Shown here: positions 49,035-56,758 of the stretch, in pieces
How positions within the stretch are numbered: position 1 is the first letter of the stretch
How the letters are laid out: every line of letters starts with the position of its first letter
Made by a program: the position numbers and the translations under genes
The notes under the pieces: generated by a model
What the model was told of the DNA's origin: nothing
What the model saw: the letters and a program-made list of their open reading frames with translations, nothing else
Databases searched by the model: none
Source of the DNA: Asterionella formosa
Taxonomy: Eukaryota
Reading direction: 5' to 3'
Length of the DNA: 56,758 nt
Assembly (NCBI GenBank): GCA_002256025.1
Contig: NKIB01013477.1
Span: 1 to 56,758, forward strand

Positions 49035-52000
49035 TTAGTGAAGAATTCCAACGTTACGACGAATAGGTGTGACACCACTGTACTTGGTATTCTGTGCGAC
49101 TTCATATTGACGAATAGCTTCTTCTGCCATGGACGGTGGTACAGCCTCGACTAAGCCACAGCAGGCACGACAGAGCTGGACCAAGAAAGCGCTTTCGATG
49201 CGGAAGGTATTGGCCAAGAGCTGATCCGAGCCAGGCTCTATTTCTTTGTGAGGGTTATCGATCGTTGGCCACATTAATGCACGCACAAATGCAGCGCATG
49301 CAAGACGTTTGTGGCTGATGGCTCCATCCACAATCCCCAGTCGTCGTCGAAGCCAAGCCACCAACCAGTCGGTGGATTCCACGGAGCAGTTTAGTCGTAG
49401 CCAAGTGCGTAAGCAAGCTCGGGCTGCGAAGACCGGATCAATTTTCCCCCGGAAGGCATTTGAACTAAATTCTCCAAATGTTCTTACACTTAATACGTGC
49501 TCATCAAGGAGCCACAAAACCTTTCGGTGCTGATCGGTGAGATCAAACGAAGTCGATATTCCATCTGTTGCTCCTGTAAGGATATCATCAATCACAAAGG
49601 ATTCTGCCTCACTCATGGTCATTTCTGTGCCCTTTATAAGGATATCGCAACATTTCAGAACTAGCGCGTCGCGTCCTCCGACCAAGTTGGCCCCCGCCAC
49701 AACGTTCCCAGACAGCGCACATTGTCTCATCAATGCTGGACCATCGAAGGTAAATAGCGGCTCTTCTTTACTGTATCGACCAGCTAGATAACATGCAGCA
49801 TCAATGAGGGTTTGTGTAGAGAGTTCTGCATCATCATGCCATTGCACCCCACGGTGTTCTAAAATCAGCAAGGCTGGTATAAGCAAATTATAATCGATTC
49901 CACCAAGTCCAGGCTCTGTAACCATTGCAGATAGGGACGCCTTGACTAACTGTGCGTGTCTTTTAGCTCCATCGGTATCTTCGTCGCCATCAAATAGAGG
50001 TACGTTACCATCGAAGCAATGAACTTGAACTTTGCAACCAGCGTTACAAAGGCATGCCCAAGAAATACCTTTGAGCCATGAGGTGGGGATGATATCCAGA
50101 AGATCAGTCGCTGTTCCTGAGTATTCTTTTTCGATGCAATCTTGAAGGCACTCTAGTGCCCATGTCCTAACTTCTAGCTGTCGCAGCAACGGACTTTTGT
50201 TATCGACAGAAATCAAAGAATACTCCAGCTGCATTTTATGCTCGAGTGAAGGCCAGAATCGTTTACGTGACCGTTCATCGGCCAACGCAAGGAGAAGAAT
50301 CGGAGCATCGGGGGACGATGCAATGATCGAGGTCACCAAGGCCTTACTCAGTGCCATGAGTGGAACAGGATCAGTTGCATTTGCTCCTCGCCTACGCCGG
50401 CGCAGTTCGTCACCGATTGTTGCATTCAACAAGATTAACACTGGCGAGAGAAAATCACGAGATACACCAACCCGCAAAAGAGCTCTGATAGCCCACAACA
50501 GATCATTGGGATTAGCTGAATCTGGCTCATAGTCGTAGCCAAGTCCCATTGCAGAATTTACCGTGTCAATCTCTTCCGAAAGGCAACGCGTTGCGACAGC
50601 CACAAGCATCAAACACACCCTTGCTGAATCATAATTCTTGTCTCTCTGCACAAACGATTCCAGCGGCACTGACATCGACAGTCCACCTTTCAGTAGACAA
50701 CCCAAGGTCATGTCGGCAACTTGAGTGAGAACGGAATGCTTTGGCTTAAGAGGAGTCAAATTTTCATCCGAGGATGTTTGATACAGGGGGATTATCCCAT
50801 CCAAGAGGCCTTCTAAATTGGAGTGATCAGCATCATAGTCTACATCGTCACCTAATTTTCTCAAATCCCGAAGGGAATCAACGTCTCGCAGAAGACTCAA
50901 AGATATACTTGCCGCTGTAAAATAATCCTGTTCATGTGAAAGCCATGCTAGCACATGGTTGAACGGGGTAGCTCCTCCACTGCTGACCACGATGTTTCTA
51001 AGAGATAACACACCATTTTTTTGGGAACCTCCCAGTCGAGCTAAAACAACAGGAACATGTCTATCCATGATGATCTGTTCGTCATCCAGCATGGTCCAAC
51101 TTTTACAATGCTCCAGCAAGCGTACTGACTTTTCATTTGCCGTCAACATAAACCTCCTCCTAGCCTGGGCTCCAGGCGAAGCGCTTGGTTCCATATCTCG
51201 ATAGCTAAGGTTTGAAATACTTTCCAAAGCGGTGCCCACAATGTCATCCAACTTGGACTTGTCAACGACCTGTGATTTCAATGGTGTCGGTACCTCATAT
51301 GACGCAGTAAACGGCAAGTGAAGATCTATAGCATCCTCAGTTTCTTCATAAATACCAAAATCTAATTCAGTTTGTTTTGTCGGAAACGGGTGCAATGGTA
51401 AAACAGCGCTATGCAGCCCAGATGATATGATCGGGATGTCTGATTCAAAGAGTTGAGCCAAGAAGGCTCCCGATGACGCCATGGCTCCTTCCCAGCAGAT
51501 AAAATAGACAAACCGATCGATGCCTACGAGTGACCAACCTTGACCGATTCTGCACCACGCGTATTGCAGGGCTAATGCTGGAATCTGTACAGGAATTTGC
51601 GCAGAGTGTCCATTTCGCTCCTTGGTGCGGATAACAACCGATAGCATGTCTTTTTGGCTGCTGAACCCATCTGCAAGGTCTACACAATCCAAACTATGTA
51701 ACGTCATGGCTACATCCACCTCTGGTCCCTGTCGAGAAGAAAACATGACTGCAATGCTGGGGGGAGTGGCCATCATAGTCGATACTGCCATGGTTTGCGC
51801 TGATGTGAGCGACAGCAGGTCTTCTACGGGAAGGAGTACTGGAATCAAATGAAAGCGAATAATTGGACACATGGTTGGTGCGTCAGTACCTCTTGTTCTC
51901 ATCTTTCGAGACATTGGCACGCCTCCGCAAGGAACCAAGTAATGCTGTGATGAATCCACGCGAATCGCTAGGGTCTTTGTTCCGGAATTTTCGAGGACAA

Positions 52001-53153
52001 TTGCAAAGGACATATCGCCCCATACCACGGGATAGATCGCTTTTGGAGCAAACGGGAGATACACTGTTCTTTTTTCTGCAAAGTGAGTCATGGAAACAAA
52101 GGTAATGAATCCACCAATGAAGGTTCCTTCCTTCTCTGTTTCGTGTTCGTCGTCGTCGGCTCGGTCCGTATCATCGTAAGAAAGGGTTGACATACTTTCC
52201 ACCTTCCTTGGACGACGACCTTCTGTTGATCTTCTTATTCTCTGTCCCTTTCCCAATACGGCCAAGTATTCAAAAACCGATTCAACTCGAAATGCCTGAT
52301 TCTCCACTGTGCTGTACATGGTTGTGGATGGTTCTACATTCGCATCCCATATTGAAGCGTCCCACACGTGGTCCTTCGTGGGGGCATCCTTGACCTGTGA
52401 AAAGAGCCTAGTGAAAAGCGATTGGTCTGAGTTGCTGTCGGGTCGCGCTTTCCTTCGTTTTAATGGAACTGACAGCGATGTCGTTGCAATTGGCTGACTG
52501 AGTGGTACCATGGATTCTTGTATTTGCTGATGAAGCATCCCACCGAGAAATAGGTTTGCTAGTCCCATCCCCATATCGATATTTTTGTGTTCGACAGCTG
52601 CGAGAAATAGCATAGGTTTATAAAAGTATATTTGTCCATCTGTCGTCAAGCACGAAAGTAGCAGCTCGGTCGTTTCATCAGGGTTGATTGGATCGGCCGA
52701 GGCCCTTTCCGAGCGTGATTCCATCACGGCGAGACCACCCAAGGACATGCGAGTTATGACGTCTAGCGCATCGACAGCCCTGGTTGAGCTTTCCTGTGGC
52801 TTTCGACTGAGGGCAATCGAGCAAACGCCCTGTCGGGCAACTGCCAGGCCTGGCCAGTGTAAAATCCTTTCTTTCAGACACACCATGCCTTCTTTTGTCT
52901 GTTGCAGAAGTTCCAGGAGGAGCACGTCTCCTTCGTCTTGATATTGAAATGAATCGTAGAGTGTAATGCTGAGTACCAGCCCGTCCTCATCTTCGATGCC
53001 AAGCGATAGCCCTTCCGATTGCGATAGTTTGGCAGACGTGACACTTAGTGGGACACCCTTGACGCTGTTCGTGACAGCGTTATTACTGGCGATGACACCA
53101 TTCCATTGCGGTCTCTTCCATTCGTATTGCCAAGGGCACGATCGGACCGTCAT
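49035..53153 (-). CDS. Large (~1370 aa) uncharacterised protein; beta-rich N-half and helical C-half; start uncertain
   Basis: Uninterrupted 4.1-kb ORF, first in-frame ATG at 53153. No family confidently recognised. Confidence 0.75.
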   Translation of the reverse strand: MTVRSCPWQYEWKRPQWNGVIASNNAVTNSVKGVPLSVTSAKLSQSEGLSLGIEDEDGLVLSITLYDSFQYQDEGDVLLLELLQQTKEGMVCLKERILHWPGLAVARQGVCSIALSRKPQESSTRAVDALDVITRMSLGGLAVMESRSERASADPINPDETTELLLSCLTTDGQIYFYKPMLFLAAVEHKNIDMGMGLANLFLGGMLHQQIQESMVPLSQPIATTSLSVPLKRRKARPDSNSDQSLFTRLFSQVKDAPTKDHVWDASIWDANVEPSTTMYSTVENQAFRVESVFEYLAVLGKGQRIRRSTEGRRPRKVESMSTLSYDDTDRADDDEHETEKEGTFIGGFITFVSMTHFAEKRTVYLPFAPKAIYPVVWGDMSFAIVLENSGTKTLAIRVDSSQHYLVPCGGVPMSRKMRTRGTDAPTMCPIIRFHLIPVLLPVEDLLSLTSAQTMAVSTMMATPPSIAVMFSSRQGPEVDVAMTLHSLDCVDLADGFSSQKDMLSVVIRTKERNGHSAQIPVQIPALALQYAWCRIGQGWSLVGIDRFVYFICWEGAMASSGAFLAQLFESDIPIISSGLHSAVLPLHPFPTKQTELDFGIYEETEDAIDLHLPFTASYEVPTPLKSQVVDKSKLDDIVGTALESISNLSYRDMEPSASPGAQARRRFMLTANEKSVRLLEHCKSWTMLDDEQIIMDRHVPVVLARLGGSQKNGVLSLRNIVVSSGGATPFNHVLAWLSHEQDYFTAASISLSLLRDVDSLRDLRKLGDDVDYDADHSNLEGLLDGIIPLYQTSSDENLTPLKPKHSVLTQVADMTLGCLLKGGLSMSVPLESFVQRDKNYDSARVCLMLVAVATRCLSEEIDTVNSAMGLGYDYEPDSANPNDLLWAIRALLRVGVSRDFLSPVLILLNATIGDELRRRRRGANATDPVPLMALSKALVTSIIASSPDAPILLLALADERSRKRFWPSLEHKMQLEYSLISVDNKSPLLRQLEVRTWALECLQDCIEKEYSGTATDLLDIIPTSWLKGISWACLCNAGCKVQVHCFDGNVPLFDGDEDTDGAKRHAQLVKASLSAMVTEPGLGGIDYNLLIPALLILEHRGVQWHDDAELSTQTLIDAACYLAGRYSKEEPLFTFDGPALMRQCALSGNVVAGANLVGGRDALVLKCCDILIKGTEMTMSEAESFVIDDILTGATDGISTSFDLTDQHRKVLWLLDEHVLSVRTFGEFSSNAFRGKIDPVFAARACLRTWLRLNCSVESTDWLVAWLRRRLGIVDGAISHKRLACAAFVRALMWPTIDNPHKEIEPGSDQLLANTFRIESAFLVQLCRACCGLVEAVPPSMAEEAIRQYEVAQNTKYSGVTPIRRNVGILH

Positions 53154-54041
53154 TGCGCACAATAGCAGCACTTGTTGTAGTTGTTGTCGCAGTAGTCGCT
53201 GCTGTCGGTGGATTAACTTCAGAAGAAAGAAAAGCGTCAGACTGACAAGTCCAACGGGATTGTTTCACAATATTTGATCAGAGGAATTCTTGATGAGCGA
53301 GATATATGATGAGAATACCACAATTTAACAATGATTTGCTATTCCATAGGATACTGGAACTATATAAATGCTGGTAATCGCTGTAAGCGGGGCAAAAACG
53401 TTTAATACCAGTGCGGACTCCCATTGGACGGTTTGGGTTGGTGGACCTGGTGCTGCCAGGTGCAAACAATGAATATACATAGCCGGATGTATTTTATTGA
53501 GATGAAACCAAAAGTGTGTGCACACGACGCGGATGGAGAAATATCGCTCACGACACCATGTTCTACGATATGCATATGTACGACCGGTACATGGTACCTG
53601 GTACCAGGTGCTACCCAATCATTTACCTGCACAATTCATGCAGTATACCGTGTTTTTATACTTCGCGGTGGTACCTGGTACCATGGTACTCCTACTTATC
53701 TATTTGTATGTGGTAGGCCCGTCATATGAAACACCAGAACACGTAAGTATATACTTAACAATTGTGCTTATTATTCACGTCTTGATGATTCATTTCCTCC
53801 GCATTTCGTTTTTTACCCAGTCCCGGTAGACTACCGCTAATGGCTACCAGTACCTGGTACCGGTACTACAGGTATGATACTTCGTTTTTGATAATGTTGT
53901 CCACAATATACGGTATATGCGGTGAGGATATTTTATCTGTTTAAGTGCCAGTCACATGTGATTTCATTCGGAGAAAGAGTTACATGCCGTTCTAAAAGCA
54001 ACCTCCATCGTCTCTCTCTCACTCTCCACTCTCACATACAC

Positions 54042-55649
54042 ATGTATGCATCCAACGACAGAACCATGACGACTACGATATCGACCTCGAGTTCCTCCTC
54101 CTTTGACACTGCCGTGGCGGCATTGTACTCCTCTCTCCACCAGGCAACTACCAAGGAAGCCTTGGACCAGTCAGCATTGCGGCGAACCAAAACTATTGAG
54201 GATATGCGCACATACATGACTCGATTGGAACTGTCCATTTCGCCAGCCATCCACATCATTCATATTACAGGAACAAAGGGAAAGGGATCGACGGCGAGTC
54301 TATGCGAGTCTATTTTGAGATTTGCATACAAACAACGAACGGGACTCTTTACGAGTCCTCATTTGGTGGATATTCGAGAACGTATCCGAGTCAATGGAAA
54401 ACCAATATCCGAGGACGTGTTTGGAGAGGTATATTGGGAGATTAGACGAAGATTGGAAGACTGTCATGTGGAACTGAATGCTGATGATGACCCACCGACA
54501 TTACCTGGGTACTTTCGCATGTTGACGCTTATGGCACTGTTTTGCTTTCAGCACTACGAACCAGGATTGGACGTTATCATTTTAGAAGTGGGTATGGGAG
54601 GCCGATACGACGCTACTAATGTCATTGATATACCTGGTCGGCTGGTGGCCTGTGGTGTCACTTTGCTCGACTTGGATCATACTCGAGTCTTGGGGTCTAC
54701 GTTAGAGGAGATCGCCAAGGAAAAGGGTGGTATCTTTCAACAACTCAAAGGGAAGAAGAACCCTGGACAAGGTAAGGATCAAGGAGAATCACGAAAGCAA
54801 TTCTTTGCTATTGACACGAATGAAGAATCGGTGCTATCTGTTCTAAGAGAATGCGCCGAACAAGAAGGCTGGGGAGTGTTGACTACTGTTTCAAATGCAG
54901 ATGTTTTATCAGCTGATACTCCGCTAGGTCTCAGTGGTCCACATCAACGCATCAATGCAGAATTAGCAATTGCTCTGTGCCAGTCGGTCATGAGGGACAC
55001 AACCTCAACCGATCTTCTTCACTATGCACTCAAATCTACCTCGTGGCCTGGCCGGTGCCAGAGTATATGTCTGGGACGTCACCTCACTATTCACCTCGAC
55101 GGCGCACATACTCCACTTTCCCTTGCGGCGTGCTTGACGTGGTACCAATCGATCTCCATGAATTCTGGCACTGAGCAAGTACTTCTCTTCAATTGTAGCC
55201 ACGAACGCAATCCAGTTCCCCTCTTGCAGCAATTGACCACAATTCCATTCCAGCGAGTCTATTTATGTAAAGCCGACTTTGAACGCCCCAGTGGAGTTGG
55301 CAAACCACAAGCAAACGAGTTATTGGCAGACGCAGGAATTGGTATTGAAGCCCAGCATGACGATGGTCTTGAGGATGGGACTCCCACATGGCAAGAAACC
55401 ATGGCAACTATTTGGAATGTATTGTGTGAGGGTGCCCCACCGTCCACAACTGGCCTCAGTGTCCAAGAGGCAATAAGCCAAGTCATCCAAGCCAGCGACG
55501 CGACGAGCATTCACATGCTAGTATGTGGTTCGCTCTACATTGTGGGTTCAGTCCTGGAGGCGCTCGAGTGGAAGGAGGAGTCTGCCGATGGGAAAGTCAA
55601 GTTCAATAATGCTCGTAGATTGTCAAAAGAAGGACCCCTTGTAAACTAA
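54042..55649 (+). CDS. FPGS: Folylpolyglutamate synthase (start 54042 or 54066)
   Basis: HITGTKGKGST, GLFTSPHL, LEVGMGGRYDATN, WPGRCQ, LDGAHT, VCGSLYIVG. Confidence 0.93.
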   Translation: MYASNDRTMTTTISTSSSSSFDTAVAALYSSLHQATTKEALDQSALRRTKTIEDMRTYMTRLELSISPAIHIIHITGTKGKGSTASLCESILRFAYKQRTGLFTSPHLVDIRERIRVNGKPISEDVFGEVYWEIRRRLEDCHVELNADDDPPTLPGYFRMLTLMALFCFQHYEPGLDVIILEVGMGGRYDATNVIDIPGRLVACGVTLLDLDHTRVLGSTLEEIAKEKGGIFQQLKGKKNPGQGKDQGESRKQFFAIDTNEESVLSVLRECAEQEGWGVLTTVSNADVLSADTPLGLSGPHQRINAELAIALCQSVMRDTTSTDLLHYALKSTSWPGRCQSICLGRHLTIHLDGAHTPLSLAACLTWYQSISMNSGTEQVLLFNCSHERNPVPLLQQLTTIPFQRVYLCKADFERPSGVGKPQANELLADAGIGIEAQHDDGLEDGTPTWQETMATIWNVLCEGAPPSTTGLSVQEAISQVIQASDATSIHMLVCGSLYIVGSVLEALEWKEESADGKVKFNNARRLSKEGPLVN

Positions 55650-55791
55650 AAGTACCGTCCAGACATTTGAAGGGGTGTAAAACGTAGTTGTTTAAATAAA
55701 ATGGAATAAAGTCCTGGATGATACTCTTACGCTGAGGTCTCTTTCGCCTTTCCTTAATGTGCTCAGATTTCAGATTTCGTATAACGATAGT

Positions 55792-56103
55792 TCAATGCCC
55801 AAGTTCCCGCCTCGATTCCGGCGGAAACCTCGACACAATGCTTGCAATGTATGGCTTCAGCTTGAATCCTTCCAAATCAGGAACAATCAACTGAAGTTTC
55901 AAATCGGAATCTCCTCGGTACTGCCCCTTGCTGTTGAGATGTCCTTCTTTGGTTGCTCCCTTTCCTTTGTAAAATCCCTTCCCCGCGCGTTTCGTCGTAA
56001 TAGCCAATCGTTTTGTCGCTGATTTGGAAATGTACTTGGACATGGATCGTGTTTGCATCGAGACGATGCTATTCAAAGGTGACAGGAACTTGAAGGTGAA
56101 CAT
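55792..56103 (-). CDS. MRPL41: Mitochondrial ribosomal protein mL41 (MRPL41/MRP-L27 family)
   Basis: Presequence-like N-terminus; TTKRAGKGFYKGKG...G..NSKGQY; VPDLEGFKLKPY. Confidence 0.85.
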   Translation of the reverse strand: MFTFKFLSPLNSIVSMQTRSMSKYISKSATKRLAITTKRAGKGFYKGKGATKEGHLNSKGQYRGDSDLKLQLIVPDLEGFKLKPYIASIVSRFPPESRRELGH

Positions 56104-56144
56104 GATGGAAGTGAGGATAGTACCAGCACTACTGAGTGCGGGTG

Positions 56145-56580
56145 TGTCGTCTTATCAAGGGATGTGATGGTTGGACGAATAATAGCGTGGACTCTCGGTA
56201 TGTTGAAAGGTCTCGTACTCCTTCCCGTCTGACGGGTTCCTCTTACGTAGAACTTACCTGCTATACCACTAGTATTGTTATCTTCTTTCTGCTGCTAGCC
56301 TTCGTGCTAGTTTTCGCTATTGACCTTACTCTGTCAATTCTCACTGTTTCTTAATTATAAGATTAAACTAAAACTAAGTTTCAAATCCCATTCATCACAC
56401 TTCGAGAACCTGTTCTTCGTGTTCCCTTTTCGTTGATGTAAACCTTCTTCTGATTGATCTAAGACATCAATCTCGTTAGCAAGCTTCTTGACATGGGAAC
56501 GCACCATTTGACTCATTGGACTATAGTCGAGTCCACAGTCCTTGTGACTCATTATAGCCATTGATGCTATATTCTTGACA
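56145..56580 (-). mobile_element. Putative 3' LTR of a Ty1/Copia retrotransposon (~436 bp)
   Basis: On the minus strand a purine tract GAGGAGGA is followed by TGTCAAG... The element ends ...AGACGACA (TGTC..GACA termini). Confidence 0.65.
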
Positions 56581-56758
56581 TCCTCCTCGTTACCATGTTC
56601 AAGAAGTTCTAAAATTGTACCACTCAGCACGGGACCAGATAACCTTGTAAAAATCTGCTCTTTGACATTCTTCGTCAAAATGTCTGCTGGATTGTTTTCT
56701 GATCTTAGAAAAACAATATGCAGCTCACCCTCATCTATCATGTTCTTGACATGATGAA
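56355..56758 (-). mobile_element. Ty1/Copia pol C-terminus (RNase H), partial; ORF reads into the LTR
   Basis: HHVKNMIDEGELHIVFLRSENNPADILTKNV, the Copia RNase H ADxxTK motif. Confidence 0.9.

Overview
Eukaryotic nuclear DNA, very probably from a diatom or other stramenopile. The evidence is short GT-AG introns, bipartite plastid-targeting N-termini, separate mitochondrial-type and plastid-type FtsZ genes, and diatom-like Copia, piggyBac and Harbinger relics. About 20 protein-coding genes are mostly arranged as alternating divergent and convergent pairs. They include a PT-repeat membrane protein, two tandem GT-like paralogues, RCC1-BTB, TPR proteins, an ERGIC/thioredoxin PDI-C, two FtsZ, ATG12, a GT25-domain protein, an ankyrin/ARM protein, an M6 metalloprotease, a GNAT, FPGS and mL41. 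Decayed DNA transposons, small inverted-repeat elements, an inverted pair of ~0.7-0.8 kb repeats and the 3' end of a Copia element lie between them. The most striking unexplained signals are: (i) dense GTACCWGGTAC/TACCGGTA palindrome arrays found upstream of genes but not in the short convergent 3' gaps; (ii) a tRNA-like Pol III unit lacking a normal anticodon arm, with a related copy on the other side of a piggyBac relic; (iii) a Copia LTR ending ~40 bp upstream of mL41. All family calls come from motif recognition by eye, with no database searches.
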